Assembly (NCBI GenBank): GCA_002104905.1
Contig: MCFE01000088.1
Location: forward strand, 62,001 to 126,000
Direction: 5' to 3'
From: Basidiobolus meristosporus CBS 931.73
Taxonomy: Eukaryota; Fungi; Basidiobolomycota
DNA length: 64,000 nucleotides
The position numbers were made by a program, and so were the translations under genes. Below the pieces are notes generated by a model. That model had not been told where the DNA came from. It made no database searches and worked only from the letters and a program-made list of their open reading frames with translations. Positions 1 to 14,333 of the stretch are shown piece by piece. Numbering within the stretch: the stretch's first letter is position 1; every line of letters begins with the position of its first letter.

Positions 1-550
1 AAGGCAAACACAGTTAAAGGCACTCTGTTCTTTCTTCTGGTACTTTAAGGCTTCCTCCCCTCCATTTTTAGAAGGGCATTCTTCTCCCATGACATTATCC
101 CAAAGGCCTCTTTTTATACCAGCATCTTCATCTTTACCTTCCACACTTGGTATTCAGATCCATCCAACTTTTCAGCAGAGGGAAGAATTCCAGTAATAGT
201 AGTAGTAGACATTGCAGAGAGTGTTGGAGATACTGGAAGTTATTGGGAGGACAAGTAGATTACGTAGTTTTCACTTAACAATTTATTGCATGTAGAAGTA
301 GTATTAATACTTTTACATGATTTTGGCATAACAAGCACATATAATAGGTTAAGGCAGGTCCCAAGAACATGTGTGCAAAGTTTGGGGCTGTTTGGACAAC
401 TTTGAGAATTTTCATGCTCTGGGTACCTGGTATTTTTGTGAAAATATTCCAAGTAAATCCCAACAAGATATTTGGTCAGTATTCTCTAGGATTTGAAGGT
501 AATGACTAAGTTAGATGAATATTTAGCTAGAATTCCCAGTTTTTACAACA
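1..550 (-). mobile_element. Decayed Ty1/copia 5' LTR (about 221-550) plus start of gag (1-220); PBS region deleted
   Basis: Reverse complement matches the LTR and gag start of the copia at 28933-29520; LTR boundary ...ttttacaaca at 550 abuts CMC transposase sequence. Confidence 0.85.
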
Positions 551-3500
551 TATACATGGTGGCCATTTACTGTTATCCTGCAGGTAAGCATACAAAATTC
601 ATCCAGCAATGGATACAGGTAGGTATCCAGGTTGGACAGTGATCTAGGCCCAGATACCAGCAAGACTACCATTAGATTATTGCTCTCATACTGTAAGATG
701 GGCAGCAGATTCAGATTAATGAGAATCAGTGGCCTGCAGGATTTGCTATTAGAGTACTTGTTGAATGAGAATCCATCAGGTGCAAAGGCAAAGGCATGGT
801 CATATATACATTCTAAGTAGCCCTTGATTCTTAGCTGTTTGTAATGTTTGCCATCAAATATATTGGATATGTTTGCGCTTGATTGATACTGAGTGTGATG
901 CTATATAGCTTTGCAACATTTGTTGGGCTGCATCAGCTTTCTCAGGCAGGGTATGACCGGTGTGGTGGTGCATAGGTCCAAGGGAGAGATACATCCAACA
1001 CTTCTCAAGTGTTTTGTGTGTGGGGTGTTCACTGGGTACAATAACCTCTGGCAAAAGCTTGCTAGGAATACTTGGGTTCTGTCTCTAATCTAATATGAAG
1101 GGGAATAAAGCCACAAGCTTTTTAAGGGAAAACTATTAAGCTACAATCCCCAACTTAGTTGGCGTCTTAAAAAAAGTATGTGCTGGGTTCAGCGTCCTTT
1201 GAGATGACAATGTACTAAAGCTTCCAAAGTCAAAACAACTGTAAACTCCAACAGCAGGGACTTGATAAGAATGCAGCTGTGGTCAATAGTTACAAAGACA
1301 GAAAAGTATCTTTGCCTGTACAAGAACAAACTTGGGAAAGAATCAAATATAATAAAAGATACCTACTCTGAGTATTCCTCACAAGTAGTGCCTCCAAGGT
1401 CAGTTGGCTGTCAGTGCGGTTTCCTGGGAGTGTCCTATGGTCTGGGGTTGGAAGTTCAGGTAGCAGTAGGTAGCAGTAGGTAGCAGTGATCACAGTAATC
1501 AACAAGTTGGTATATTGATAAAAGGGATGATGATTTATTGTTGAGGGATAGCCTCCATTATATACTTCTCTTGCTGGCTAAGTGATTACTAATTGTGATG
1601 TTCCAGAAGGTTCTGGATATCAATAGAAATCTTAATGACATCAGAATGACCTAAGAATGCTCTAAGTTGGTGCCAGAAGGTTCTAAGCAGCACAACACAT
1701 CCAACCAATCAGGAATCAGCATTCTGAAACCTGTGTAACATAGGAATACCATATACAGTATGGAGATTTTAGGGATGGTGACATGGGTTGATCATGTGTC
1801 ACAGGTACTGGCGCAGGTACTTGCCTAATATAGAAGCACTTATAGCTAATAATCTTACACAAAGTGAGGGGTAACTTATGCAATAAGGTAAGCAGGTGTG
1901 ATAGTCAACTGGCTTATGGTGGATTCCTGACAACTTGGACACATTGCATGGTAGCATTTCTGGATGTAAAAGCCATGCAACTGTTAACATATTCTGAAAT
2001 CAGTAGAGTCTCTAAATTGTATGTTGCCAGCCACATGAAAGTTGTCCACTTGTACCATGTAGATGGTAAGTTGCATCCCAGAATGATTTTGGCAAGAAGT
2101 AGTAATAAATCCTCACAGCCCCCATTACTGATATTAGTAGAAAAGCACTACTACTATAGCCACAATATTATATGATTTAGCAGTAGATGGATTACTGGGC
2201 TCACTTGGCTCCATTAAGTATCCTTGGCATTTGTTTCAATGGTGTTGTCTCATTGCATATAGGGATTTGACCAGGCTCATATGTGGTACTGTTGTTAGGG
2301 GAGATAGGCTCAAAATCCATCAGTGAGCTTTCTTTATCAGAGCTATCACTCTGCATACCATATACAGAAGGCTGAGGTGAGCCTAAAGGTGTCACAAACT
2401 CATTTGACTCAGATTGTGTAAGGTGACAAAGATGGCCAGGTGCCAATATAGAGGTATAAACTGGCCAGCAAGAAAATGTAGGTACAGTAGTGACCGATGA
2501 ATGGTCAAATATGACTTGGGTGGCAAATTACTGGCCGTGATCCTTGTAATACTTCCTATGCTGTCTGCATGTTTCATGGCTGGGCAGCTTGCTGCAATAG
2601 CCACATGGTCATTTTTCTCTTCTCTTACAGCACTGAGTCAAAGTGGTCTTATCCATGGGGCAAACAATTTGACCTTCACCAATGTATTGCTATTACATCA
2701 CTTTTTGGTCAAGACTCATGTGAGCTCAAGACAGTCTTTTATTTGAGACATTGCACCTACATGAATGTAAGATTTGATGATGACCCATCATAGTAAGCAT
2801 CATAAATAAAGTCATGGTACCATATACACATGTATATGTAACACTATTTCCCCTTTGGTTTAACTCACTTCCATATATTTGCCACCAAAAAATAAAGCAA
2901 AGTTATCTGGTTCCCAACTAAACCCCACTGCTGACAACAGCAGAAGAACAATTGGAGAACAGCTTACTTTGACATTCAGAGCAACAAGCAGGGCTACATC
3001 CAAAAAAGACCTTATTAATAGTGTGCCCACTGAAGGTTATAATGCAGACTCCTCAGGCTCTCTGTCAAGCAGGCAATTGAAAACCTCTGCACAGCCACAA
3101 GCTGACTGTTATGCTTAGGCAGATGAGAATGTTGCAAACACAGTACCCACAGTTGAAAACCTGCCAGTAGCTGTCATAACATCACCAGCACCCATATTAG
3201 CAAGTTTTTTGTCAGCTCATGCCAAAGCATTAATGAAGTAATTAGGCACAGTGGCTGATAGGATATATGCAGGGAGGGAGAAAATGTAGTGTTTATACCA
3301 AAGCCTAAAAGTCAAAAGACATTGAAGATCTGTGAAGCTGTTGAGTGCAATAATGAATAGCGGGCTAATAATCAAGAAGCTATCAGAAGTCTAGCATGCC
3401 ATCACCTTAAGGCTGGCATATGATGAAACCATCAGGAACTCAAGGCCAAGCAGAATGCACTTGACTTGTCCATGAGCATTATCCTGGATTCAAGTGGGCA

Positions 3501-5040
3501 AATGGGCTTTGGGCCAGCATTAGTATGCTAATAAAGTGTCTTTAGAATAGCAGAAACTAACAAAGGCGGAAGAACAAGGGTGCCATGGCTAAAAACCAGC
3601 AGCTTCCTCAATAGCCTATTACAAGCAGGGCCAAAAGCTCCTAACAAGCATTAAAGAGACATCAGGTAGCTGGAAGAATGCCAATTTGGGACAAGCAGGT
3701 AGACACAGATACATCAGCACAACATTTATCAAGGAAAAAGCGTAGTACCACTCAAGAAGCACCCAGTCAAAGTAGCAGTGAAGGACTTGGCAGTGATAAA
3801 GACTAGCCGCGTTTACAGGAGCCTGTCACAACTATGGTTGCAAGCTCACAACAAGCAGAAAAGAAATATCAGGTTGCCAGGAGGGTGCCAGCAAGAGACA
3901 AGCAAGCCATAACAGATGCATCAGAGCAGAATTTATCAGGGAGAAAATATAGTTCATCACAAAAAGCACTGAGACAAAGCAGCAGTGAAGAACCTTACAG
4001 CAATTAAGGAAAAGGTAAAGGGAGAAATGTGTACCCAAACCTGAGACAAGGAGGCGTGCAGGAAAAGCAGCAGTTCTTGCCAATTGACGCCGCAAGCCAG
4101 GAACAGACTGAGTCCCATCATAGCCAAGAAGAATTACCAACAAGAAAACAGCTGCTTTCACAAGTGTTGGAAGCACAGCTAGTTGAACTACACTCCAGTA
4201 TGGTAGATGAGTTTGAATAAAATGGCAATATTTCTCCCACAGCCTCCACATCCTTCTATGTTGACAGAGTGGAGATCCCACTGACAAACAAGGCTATGGC
4301 ATCAAGAACTCAAAAGACTATCACAATCCCTTCTGTGGAATTTTGGAACATTAATAGGCACACCAAGAGGTTGCAGCACTTCTCTAAGAGCAGTGCTCAA
4401 GAAAATACTCAAATAATGCAAGGATTTATTGCAAAGACTGGCAGATGATGTGCTAGACCTTGCAGTTCCAGCTGAAGAACAGGACTTGTGGGAACCAGTA
4501 AATGAACAGAGGCATAAATCCATTGGGTTCCCACCAAAGTTGTGGAACCAGAGCGTTACAGCAGAGATTCTTATTAAGTGGTGGATTTCAATGGAGTTAT
4601 TTGTTGAGTGTGGGGTTGGGCTTAATGTTAGTGTAGGGTATAGGGTCTTGTACAGGTCAATACAATTGGCTATTAAGGTATAACTGAAGTCTCAACAAAA
4701 ATAAATTGACAAGTATGCATGAAAAGTAAGTGAAACAGTTGAGTCAGGAAGTAAGGAGTGTTAATAAGAGGCAATAGCCAATCAATGCACACAAACAGAG
4801 GAGGTGATAGTGTGTCCAGGATCAGAAAGTGAGCAAATTGGTAGGGAGCCAATCAAAAGCCACCTGTACATTGTTATGATGAAAAATTTTGACCAACTTT
4901 TTTGTGAAATCCAAGGTGAAATTATTTTTCAACAGTCTCTGGATGGTGTCCTGCTGGGATCAGTACCTCTTAGTCACATGACTTTAATTCTTTGACAGCC
5001 TTTTGATGGGAGTGTCAGGCAGTATAATATTGGTCCTGAA
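551..5040. mobile_element. Older, more decayed and left-truncated copy of the CMC/CACTA-type element (transposase part on -, ORF2 on +), with a non-alignable segment at about 1060-1870
   Basis: 551-1010 aligns to about 24600-25010 and about 1900-5010 aligns to about 25060-28400; ORF fragments MPPKNKAKLSGSQ (2879) and MYPNLRQGG (4029) match ORF2 of the full copy. Confidence 0.85.
1487..1740. mobile_element. Possible solo LTR of a further family
   Basis: Starts TGATCACAG and ends CTGTGTAACA (imperfect terminal inverted repeat, TG..CA); no TSD found. Confidence 0.3.
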
Positions 5041-5099
5041 GGGACTGACTAAAGGTCCAAAATGATTTGTTGGCAATAACATAGATTGTGAATCTTGTA

Positions 5100-5700
5100 A
5101 TGCTCCCACACTGTTTGTGTACCTGAAGGCTGAGAGGCATACTATAATAACCACTTGAATATTTTTCTCTTCTCTAACTGTGTTGCATCAAAGTAGTGTG
5201 GTTCATGGGCAAACAGCTTGACATTTCAAACATAGAGCTACTATACACTTTGCTGTCAATATTCAACCAAGTTTAAGACAGTCTTGTATATGAGACATTG
5301 CACCTTCAATTATGTAAGATAAAAGAAACATACAACAGAAACCACCATGAACAAAGCTGTGGCACCACATACATGTGTATATGCAACATTGTCTTCCCTT
5401 GAGTTTCATTCACTTTTGTATATATGTGCAGTCAACAATTAAGCCAAGTTGTGAGATCCTAAACAGAGTCTTTTGTGGTCAGCAGCAGAAGAACAGTTGC
5501 ACAGCAGCTTCCCCTGATATTGAGTTCATCAAGTTGGGCTACATTCAGAAAAGGGCATGACAAGAGTATGCCCACTAAAGGCAATAATGCAGCCTACAAG
5601 GCTCTCAGTCAACTAGGTGTTGCAAATAGCTCCAAACTACCATTATGCAAAGGCAGATGAGAGTGTAGCAAACTCAGTACCTCCAGTCAGGGACCAGCAC
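5100..5700. mobile_element. Third short fragment of the CMC element (region between the two ORFs and start of ORF2)
   Basis: Similar to about 2600-3150 and 25750-26300 (e.g. tgagacattgcacc, gtgcccactaaagg). Confidence 0.65.
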
Positions 5701-5704
5701 ACAA

Positions 5705-8330
5705 CTGCTAAAAGTTGAGAGGGTCTCCTGAATTTCTTTTTGCTTGATACTAATATCTTGATGGTTTGGCATTGTAAGCAAGTCTTGGAAGCCTAAGTCT
5801 GTCACAATTGTCTAAATCTTCCAGAATATTCACTTGTTTGTCCACAAGTTTGTAAGTTGCAAAATGTCATTCACTGATGATCTTTCATGGTCCTGTCCAT
5901 TGTGTCTCAAACCTCTTTCAAGTGTTGTTTCTCAGAGATATTAAGCTCACAACTTTCAATGCTTCTGATGATATAACCTTATCACATATGTGCTTCATTT
6001 TGCTGCAATTTAAATACCTTGGCCTTCACTTCTTGACATATTTGTTTTGGTTGCTAGTATCTATTTGGCTTACTATATTCATTTTCTAAGGCATCTGTGA
6101 GCTTTGATTGTGTGAGATCTCCTGGAATCCTTGGTTCACATCCATACCCTAAGTGAAATGGCAACTGTTAGGTGGTGTTGTGCACTCTGAGTCTGCAGGC
6201 AAAAAGTGCTTGGTCTATATACTCATCCTATCTACTAACATCTACACTTTCATACTTAGTCCGCATTTTCCATATTGTCCATTAAACTGCTCAGTAACTC
6301 TATCAGTTCTTAGGTGATATACCAGGGTTTGATTAGCCACATTTTGAGGTAAGCTCCCAAAATCTTTGCCATAAAGTTTACTCCTCTATAGAAAGATTCT
6401 ACAGGGCATCCAAGCTTTATAAGGATCTCATAGTCAATGAATCTTGCAACTTCTTATTCACTGACTACAGGTAGAGCTTTTGCAACTGGCCATGGTCTAT
6501 TGCTACCAGGATCCAATGGTTGCAATAACAGGTGGTTGGCAGTCATCCAATAATGCTAGTTCCCCATCAATCAAATGGTCTTACAGGCTTCAAGGGAAAG
6601 AGTTCAGCAGTTCACTTTGGTAGGCCTAGGTTGATTTGGAAGTTAGGGTTTTCTTCCTCAACTTCTCAGTATCTTGTTTCATTATGAGCCCCCAAGCTCT
6701 GACTTTCACAAGGCTATAGGTTCCCGCAATTCCAAGAAGTCCATATCCAATGTGTAGCTTATGGGCAATTAGCAATAGGGCTTCCATTAACTACTTGGTG
6801 GAGTTTTTCACCTGCTACTATAAACTTGCTGGCTTCATCCTGGATGAACTTCTTTATCTCTTCATCCACTCCAATAGGAATGGCCTGGTCTTCCAGGTTG
6901 TATGGTAATAAACTACGCCAATCTGTTATATGCAACAAGCTGAGTTGTGCCACTTGCTCTAGCTATGTTAAGGCATCAGCAACCATGCGGTTTTTCCCTG
7001 GGCAGTAAATAATGCCCAAGTCAAATTGCTGAATGTACTACTCTATCTTGCAATTCTGTTGGATAGTACCTTCTGAGTAACATATATACTCAAATAAGGT
7101 GTGAATAGTGTTCACAGTGCCCTTGACTCTTTCAATGTGGTATCTTTAGCTCTTGAAGCAGTGTATTATGGCAAGCATCTCCATTTCATGAGTTGGATAG
7201 CTTTGTTCTGCTGAGTTCAGTTTCTTGGATTAAAAAGCAAATAAGTAGTTCTTTCCCTCATTTACTTGGCTCAGTACTTCATGACTGCATAAACTGAGGC
7301 TTCTGTGTACAGAGCCAACTCTTTTCTGAAGTCTGGTATTCCTAAGCTTAGCTGCTTAGCAAGTTCATTCTTGAGCATCTGATTGGCAATCTGACAGGCT
7401 ATGTAGCACACCAAGGTGTTGTTGTTCTTGAGAATATCTGCTAGAGGGGCTGCAATACTTGCACAGGACATGACAAATCTCCAATAACAAAACATCATTC
7501 CAAGGAATGATATGAGTTCTGAAAAGCTATCAGGCTGCTTCAGATTCCTGATGAATTCAGTCTTCTTGGGGTCTAAGATCACTCCTGTGCTAGTCACTAT
7601 GCAACCCAGTTATTCAAATGTTCCTTCAAGAATTCACATTTTGCTATCTTACTGTACAGCTTGCTCTTATTTAGCAGCTTTAAGACCTTTTCAATATGCA
7701 CTATGTGGTCCTACTCTGTCTTACTCTATATCAATATGTCATATATGTAAGTTACTACAGATTTCTTCAAGTACTCCTGGAAGATTGCTTGCAAGGTCAT
7801 GAATGTTGCAGGGGTGTTTGTGAAGCTAAAACTCTTGACTTAGTACTTTTAATATCCATGCCTGATCCTGAATGCTGTTTTAGGGATGTCTTCTGGTTTC
7901 ACTCTAATCTGGTTGTGTCCTGACATGAGTTCAGCCTTGCTGAATATGGTAGCTTTGTTGAATTAGTCCATAAGCTCAACAATCTGGTGTATGGGGTAAT
8001 CACTCCTCACAGTAACTGTGTTTGCAGCTCCATGCTCAAGGCACATCCCAAGTGTCCCATCCTTCCTTCTCACAAAAAGCACTGGTGCTCCTCATGGCAA
8101 CTTGCTATTTCAGATATATACTTGCTTCAGCAACTGATCTATTTGTTTCTTCATCTCCACCAATTCCAATGGACTCATTCTGTAAGGTATCTTGCTCACT
8201 GAAGAGCCATATCCTGTTTCAATGGCATGATCCACATATCTGACTAGTTGTAGGCATACAAGCTCATCTGGAAACACATCATTGTATTCCCTTAAAAGAG
8301 TCTGCCCATCCTGGGGTAATACATCTATGA
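5705..8330 (-). mobile_element. Decayed Ty3/gypsy pol fragment (RT, RNase H, partial integrase), same family as the intact element
   Basis: Colinear with about 10141-12810 with internal deletions; remnants such as VILDPKKTEFIRNLKQP. Confidence 0.9.
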
Positions 8331-8344
8331 GTATAGATGTCTAC

Positions 8345-9763
8345 CTGGACAAATTGTACATATTGACCCCCTGGATCAAGTGGAAAACTTGATTGATAGG
8401 TTGAAGGGAAGAACTTGCAACAAAGTGAATTATCAGAGAACTCAGACTATTGAAGAAGCATAAAGATTGCTATTGACTATGACTCAGCTATGTTTGGAGT
8501 TGGGCAGCCCACAATCACTATTCAGAGGGGCTACAATCACTATGAAAGAAGACACTCCAAAACAGTGCCAATGAAAATAGATATTATGCCAAAGAATCTC
8601 AGCTCAGAAAAAATGTAAGAAGAAAGGGTATGCTTTAATTGCCACCTGCAAGGACATATTGCAAAGTACTGTCCTCAGAGAAGAAATGGATACCAGTCAA
8701 CAAGAACCTTCAACTACATTGAAGCCCTTGAGCATAGTAACATGGAGGGCAAACTTGAAGAAGAATCAGAACTCAACTTCCATATGACAGAATAATGTCT
8801 ATCCCAAATGACATCAAACTCAGGACAGCTATTATACTACAATGAAGTAATTAATGGAGTACCTTCCAAGATCATTGCTTACTCAGGAGCATTGCATGAG
8901 TACATGTCAGAGCAATTTGCGTTGAAAGCTGGAATTAACTTGTAGCTCACCAAGTCAACTTCAGTCTCAACAGCAGATATGAACTCTTATATAAACAACT
9001 ATGTTACTCAGCCAGTAAGAATGAAGATCAATGACTATGAAGAATACCTACTGGCCTCTATATTTTGGAACTGCAAGTTTAACATTGGACTTGGAAGACC
9101 TGGCTACTTTGCTGTAATATATCAATCAACAGGAGAACCAATGCTACTCTGATGATGGAAGACAACAAGACCTATGCATTATTACCTGCCAGACTGGATT
9201 TCAACATGGTCAATTTAAGTTTGTGTAAAACAAATGAACTTATCAAGACGTGATTTTGTAGAGCACTTAGAAAAGGCACCCAGATGTTGCTCATAGTGGC
9301 ATTACAGAGGGACTCCTCTACTCCAGCACCCCATAAGGTCCAAACACTTTTGAAGGAATACTCAGAATGTGTTTTTATAAGAACCTGTAAGCTTAAGTTT
9401 GATGGATCATTTAGAAAAATGCTTACCAAGTATGCAAATGGAGCTGTCAGTAGATGTATGAGTATATAGACCAAGCACTTTTTGCCTGCAGAATTAGAGT
9501 GCACAACACCACCAAACAATTGCCATTTTACTTAGTGTATGGATGTGAACCAAGGATTCCAGGAGATCTCACACAGCCAAAGTTAACATATGCCTTAGAA
9601 GATGAACTCAGTCAGCCAGACAGACACCAGCAGACAGAGCAAAGATATCAACAGGCACAGGCCAAATTATCTCAAAGTGCAAAAAAGATGAAGCAGAGAT
9701 TTGTTAAGACTATATCACCAGAAGCATTGACAGTTGAGAACTTTGTATTGCTGAGATACAACA
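8345..9763 (+). mobile_element. Decayed gypsy copy in opposite orientation (gag, protease, deletion, integrase); target of the intact element, resumes at 14702-14877
   Basis: Reverse complement of about 13800-12780 and 10740-10360; reading frame continues across the insertion once one AACA is removed. Confidence 0.9.
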
Positions 9764-10131
9764 TGTTACAAGTCTTGGTATAAGAGTTGTAGAGGAATAG
9801 GGAGTTTAGCTAGTATTGTATTCACTAAAACTTGAACTGATTTTTATTGAGGTTCCAGCAGCTCCTTATATACATTTTGCCAGATCAATTGCTGACTAAT
9901 TGTATTTCCTAATGTAGGTTGTGGCTGATGACTCATTTGATTGCATCATCATCACCCAATAAGATCCTACTTAATATATCTATTTCTGTCTGATAAGGAT
10001 CTGCTGATTCATTTGCTGACTAATGCTACTGATTTCATAGATAATACTGATGTACTGATAACCTAAACATATACTAACTGATTTGACTAAAAACTGATCT
10101 AACTTAAACATTCAAGCGGCAGATCATAACA
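9764..10131 (-). repeat. 3' LTR of intact gypsy (368 bp)
   Basis: tgttacaagtc...gatcataaca, identical to 14334-14701. Confidence 0.98.
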
Positions 10132-10140
10132 TTCTCCCCT
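10132..10140 (-). other. Polypurine tract AGGGGAGAA
   Basis: Between the ORF stop codon and the 3' LTR. Confidence 0.9.
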
Positions 10141-10141
10141 A

Positions 10142-13100
10142 CTAAAGTTGAGAGGGTTCTCCTGAATCTCTTTTCTTGTGATACCAATATCTTGATGGTT
10201 CAGTATTATCAGCAAGTCTTGCAAGCTTGAGTCTGTCCCTATGCACTAAGTCTTCCCGGATATTGCCTTGTTTGTCCACCAGTTGGTAAGTTGCAAATGG
10301 ACATTCTCTGATGATCTTGAATGGTCCTGTCCATTGTGGCTCAAACTTCTTCCGAGTGTTGTTTCTTAGCAATACAAAGTTCCCAACTGTCAATGCTTCT
10401 GGTGCTATAGTCTTATCAAATCTCTGCTTCATCTTTTCTGCACTTTGAGATACTTTGGTCTGTGCCTCTTGACGTCTTTGTTCCAGTTGCTGGTGTCTAC
10501 TTGGCTGACTGAGTTCATCTTCTAAGGTGTCTGTAAGCTTTGGTTGTGTGAGATCTCCTGGAATCCTTGGTTCACATCCATAAACTAAGTAAACTGGTGA
10601 TTGCTGGGTGGTGTTGTGTACTCTGACTCTGCATGCAAAGAGTGCTTGGTCTATATACTCATCCCATCTACTGACAACTCCATTTGCATACTTGGTCAGC
10701 ATTTTTCCAAATAATCCATTAAACCGCTCAGTGACTCCATTAGTTCTGGGGTGATATGCCGAGGTTTTCAAGTGTCTGATCTGCTGCATTTCCAGGTAAG
10801 CCTCTAATGTCTTTGCCATAAAGTTTGCACCTCTATCGGATAAGATCTCCACAGGGCATCCAAACTTCATCAGGATCTCATGGTAAATGAAACTTGCAAC
10901 TTCTTGTTCACTGGCTATTGGTACAGCTTTAGCAACTGGCCATTTAGTGGCATGGTCAATTGCTACTAGGATCCAACGGTTGCATTTCCTGGTAGTTGGC
11001 AGTCTTCCAATAAAGTCAATTCCCCATCTCTCAAATGGTCTTACAGGCTCCAAAGGGAAGAGTTCGGCAATTCTTTGTGGCTGGCCTTGATTGATTTGGC
11101 AGTTTGGGCATGTTTTTACTAGCTTCTCAATGTCTTGTTTCATTCTGGGCCACCATGCTCTGGCTTTTACAAGGCTATAGGTTCCTTCAATCCCAAGATG
11201 TCCATATCCATTGTGTAGCTTATGTATTAAATCCAGGCGAGCAACATAAGGACAATAGGCAATAGGGTTTCCATCAACAATTCGGTAGAGTGTTTCATTC
11301 TGTACAACAAATTTGCTGGCCTCATCACGGATTATCTTCTTGATATCTTCATCCACCTCATTAGGAATGGCTTGGTCCTCCAAGTACTTTGGTAATAGGC
11401 TAGGCCAATCTGATTCATGCACCAAGTTGAGTTGTGCAACTTGATCTAATCTTGATAAGGCATCAGCAACCGTGTTGTTTTTTCCAGGACAGTAGACAAT
11501 CTCCAGGTCAAATTGCTGAATGTATTCACTCCATCTTGTCATTCTTCTAGAGAGTACCTTCTGAGTAAATATATACTTGAGGGAGGCATGATCAGTCTTC
11601 ACAGTGCATTTGACTCCTTCAATATAGCATCTCCATGTCTTCAAACAGTGTATTATAGCAAGCATCTCCTTCTCATGAACTGGATAGTTTTGTTCTGCTG
11701 AGTTCAGTTTCTTGGATTCAAAGGCAACAGGGTAGTCCTTTCCCTCGTGTTCTTGGCTCAGCACTCCACCAATTGCATAATCTGAAGCATCTGTGCACAG
11801 AGTGAACTCTTTTCTGAAGTCTGGTATTCTTAAGCTTGGCAGCTTAGCAAGTTCATTCTTTAGTGTCTGGAAGGCAGTCTCACAAGCTATGTCCCACTTG
11901 TAGGTATTGTCTTTCTTGAGGATATCAGTTAAAGGGGCTGCAATACTTGCAAATGACTTGACAAATCTCCGATAATAGGAAACCATTCCAAGGAAGGATC
12001 TGAGTTCTGATATGCTATGGGGCTGCTTCAAATTCTTGATTACTTCCACCTTCTTGGGGTCTAAGGTTACTCCTGTGCTAGTCACTATGTGTCCCAGATA
12101 TTCTACGTGTTCCTTGAAGAATTCACACTTGGCTAGCTTGCCGTATAGCTTGTTCTCTCTTAGTTTCTTCAAGACCTTTTCAATGTGCACCATGTGATCC
12201 TTTTCTGTCTTGCTGTATATCAATATGTCATCCAGGTAGATTATCACAAACTTGTCTAAGTACTCCTGAAAGACAGTCTGCATCAGCGTCATGAATGTTG
12301 CAGGGGCATTAGTGAGGCCAAAACTCATGACTAAGTACTCGTAATGTCCATATCTGGTCCTGAATGCTGTCTTAGGGATATCTTCTGGTTTCACCCTAAT
12401 CTGGTTGTATCCTGACATGAGGTCGATCTTGCTGAAAATAGTGGATCCATTAAGTTGGTCCAAAAGCTCATCAATCCGAGGTATGGGGTACTTATTCTTG
12501 ACGGTAACTGAGTTCAGGGCTCTGTAGTCAAAGCACATCCGAAGTGTTCCATCCTTCTTTTTCACAAAAAGCACTGGTGCTCCCCAAGGTGACTTGCTGG
12601 GCCTGATGTATCCTTGCTCCAATAGCTGATCAATTTGTTTCTTCATTTCCTCCAATTCCAATGGACTCATTCTGTAAGGTGTCTTGCTCACTGGAGGGCT
12701 ATCTCCTGTGTCAATGGCATGATCCACGTCTCTGACTGGTGGTAGGCTTACAAGCTCATCTGGAAACACGTCTGAATATTTCTTCAAGAGAGTCTGGACC
12801 TGCTGGGGTGCTGGGATAGAGGAATCCTCCTGTAATACCGCCATGAGGAACATCTGGGTACCTTTTCTAAGTGCTCTACAGAACTGGGTCTTGCTAAGTT
12901 CACTTGTCTCACACACACTGGAATTGACCAAGTTGAAATCCAGCCTGGCAGGTAATAGCTCATAGGTCTTGTTGTCCTTTTGGATCTGAGTAGCATGGGT
13001 TCTCCAGTTGATTGATGGATTACGACAAAATAGCCAGGTTTTCCCAAGTACAAGGTCAAACTTGCAGTTCCCAAATATATAAGCCTGTAGGTCTTCTTCA

Positions 13101-14275
13101 TAGTCATTGATCTTCATTCTTACTGGCTGGGTAATACGGTTGATTATGTGGGAGTTCCCATCAGCGGTGGAGACTGAAGTTGATTTGGTAGGTTCCGAGT
13201 TGATTCCAGCTTTCAAAGCAAATTGCTCTGACATGTACTCATGCAATGCTCCTGAGTCAATCATGATCTTGGCAGGTACTCCATTGATTGCTCCATTCAG
13301 GTACAATAACTTCCCTGAGTTTGAAGTCATTTGGGACAAGTACTCTTCTGTCATATGGAAGGTGAGTTCCGAGTCTTCTTCAAGCTCATCTTCCTCATTA
13401 TTGTGTTCATGGGACTCAATATGGTTGAAGGTTCTTGTTGGCTGGTGTCCATTTCTTCTCTGAGGGCAGTACTTTGCAATATGTCCCTGCTGGTGGCAAT
13501 TGAAGCAAAGTCCTCTCTTCTTGCATTCTTCTGAGGAGGGATTCTTCTGCATAGCGTCTATTTCCATTGGTACTGCTTCTGATTGTCTTCTTTCATAATG
13601 ATTATAGCCTTTCTGACTAGTCACTGTAGGCTTCCCAACTCCAAACATAGCTGAGTCATAGTCAATGGCAATCTTGATGGCTTCTTCAATAGTCTGAGGT
13701 CTTCGGTAATTGACTTCCTTGCGAGTTCTTTCTTTCAACCCATCAATAAAGTATTCAACTTGATCCAAGGGGTCCATTCTTTCAATTTGTCCAAGTAGAC
13801 ACCTGTACTCATAGATGTATTCTTGCACCATTCCTTTCTGTCTGAGTGTCTTTAACTTCCTTCTTAGTAGTGTCTGCTGGTGTGGAGGTTCAAAAGCATC
13901 CTGAATTTCCGACACAAACTCATCCCAGGTAGAGATTGTAGAGCATCCCATCATAGTAGCTGACCTGATCTTGTTGTGGTACCACTGTAAAGCTGCATCT
14001 GCCAGGTAAGAAGCTGCATAATGCAACTTGCTCTCTGGAGCAATTCCTTTAGCTTTAAAAGCTTCTTCAATCTGAAAGAGCCAAGTTCCCAGGTTTTCAT
14101 TGACTCTGCCATGGTACCGGTTGACCTTCACACTAAAGTTGCTCTTGACAGGGCTTTGCTGGCTCTGAGCCATGGTAGTCATTCCTTGTTGCTGTTGGCT
14201 GAGGATCTGGAGTAGCTGTTGCTGTTGGGCCAGGATTTGCTGCATGGCATTCTTCCATTCTTGATTGTCCGACAT
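10142..14275 (-). CDS. Gag-Pol polyprotein, 1377 aa, single frame, no chromodomain
   Basis: Gag, zinc knuckle [14 protein letters not shown], protease IDSGA, RT YLDD, RNase [13 protein letters not shown], integrase HHCC and D,D35E core, C-terminal WTGPF motif; RT-RH-IN order is gypsy. Confidence 0.98.
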   Translation of the reverse strand: MSDNQEWKNAMQQILAQQQQLLQILSQQQQGMTTMAQSQQSPVKSNFSVKVNRYHGRVNENLGTWLFQIEEAFKAKGIAPESKLHYAASYLADAALQWYHNKIRSATMMGCSTISTWDEFVSEIQDAFEPPHQQTLLRRKLKTLRQKGMVQEYIYEYRCLLGQIERMDPLDQVEYFIDGLKERTRKEVNYRRPQTIEEAIKIAIDYDSAMFGVGKPTVTSQKGYNHYERRQSEAVPMEIDAMQKNPSSEECKKRGLCFNCHQQGHIAKYCPQRRNGHQPTRTFNHIESHEHNNEEDELEEDSELTFHMTEEYLSQMTSNSGKLLYLNGAINGVPAKIMIDSGALHEYMSEQFALKAGINSEPTKSTSVSTADGNSHIINRITQPVRMKINDYEEDLQAYIFGNCKFDLVLGKTWLFCRNPSINWRTHATQIQKDNKTYELLPARLDFNLVNSSVCETSELSKTQFCRALRKGTQMFLMAVLQEDSSIPAPQQVQTLLKKYSDVFPDELVSLPPVRDVDHAIDTGDSPPVSKTPYRMSPLELEEMKKQIDQLLEQGYIRPSKSPWGAPVLFVKKKDGTLRMCFDYRALNSVTVKNKYPIPRIDELLDQLNGSTIFSKIDLMSGYNQIRVKPEDIPKTAFRTRYGHYEYLVMSFGLTNAPATFMTLMQTVFQEYLDKFVIIYLDDILIYSKTEKDHMVHIEKVLKKLRENKLYGKLAKCEFFKEHVEYLGHIVTSTGVTLDPKKVEVIKNLKQPHSISELRSFLGMVSYYRRFVKSFASIAAPLTDILKKDNTYKWDIACETAFQTLKNELAKLPSLRIPDFRKEFTLCTDASDYAIGGVLSQEHEGKDYPVAFESKKLNSAEQNYPVHEKEMLAIIHCLKTWRCYIEGVKCTVKTDHASLKYIFTQKVLSRRMTRWSEYIQQFDLEIVYCPGKNNTVADALSRLDQVAQLNLVHESDWPSLLPKYLEDQAIPNEVDEDIKKIIRDEASKFVVQNETLYRIVDGNPIAYCPYVARLDLIHKLHNGYGHLGIEGTYSLVKARAWWPRMKQDIEKLVKTCPNCQINQGQPQRIAELFPLEPVRPFERWGIDFIGRLPTTRKCNRWILVAIDHATKWPVAKAVPIASEQEVASFIYHEILMKFGCPVEILSDRGANFMAKTLEAYLEMQQIRHLKTSAYHPRTNGVTERFNGLFGKMLTKYANGVVSRWDEYIDQALFACRVRVHNTTQQSPVYLVYGCEPRIPGDLTQPKLTDTLEDELSQPSRHQQLEQRRQEAQTKVSQSAEKMKQRFDKTIAPEALTVGNFVLLRNNTRKKFEPQWTGPFKIIRECPFATYQLVDKQGNIREDLVHRDRLKLARLADNTEPSRYWYHKKRDSGEPSQL

Positions 14276-14320
14276 CTTGAGGGTAGTTTCTTCTTTCTTC
14301 AGGAGGGAGGTTTCTGGTTA

Positions 14321-14332
14321 TCGCTGCTACCA
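14321..14332 (-). other. Primer binding site TGGTAGCAGCGA, complementary to an initiator tRNA-Met 3' end
   Basis: 1 nt inside the 5' LTR boundary; TGGTAGC matches the conserved GCUACCA end of eukaryotic tRNAiMet; same motif after related LTRs at about 15948 and 16620. Confidence 0.85.
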
Positions 14333-14333
14333 A

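Noticed and set aside
1458-1487. Three tandem AGGTAGCAGT units resembling the tRNAiMet PBS
   Set aside because: No LTR could be defined upstream; simple slippage is sufficient.
5005-5014. GGGAGTG as a CACTC-type terminus
   Set aside because: The complete copy shows CCC-starting TIRs with a TSD; this motif is not supported as an end.
10142-10260. Chromodomain at the gypsy C-terminus
   Set aside because: The ORF ends about 25 residues after the integrase SH3-like region with no chromodomain pattern.
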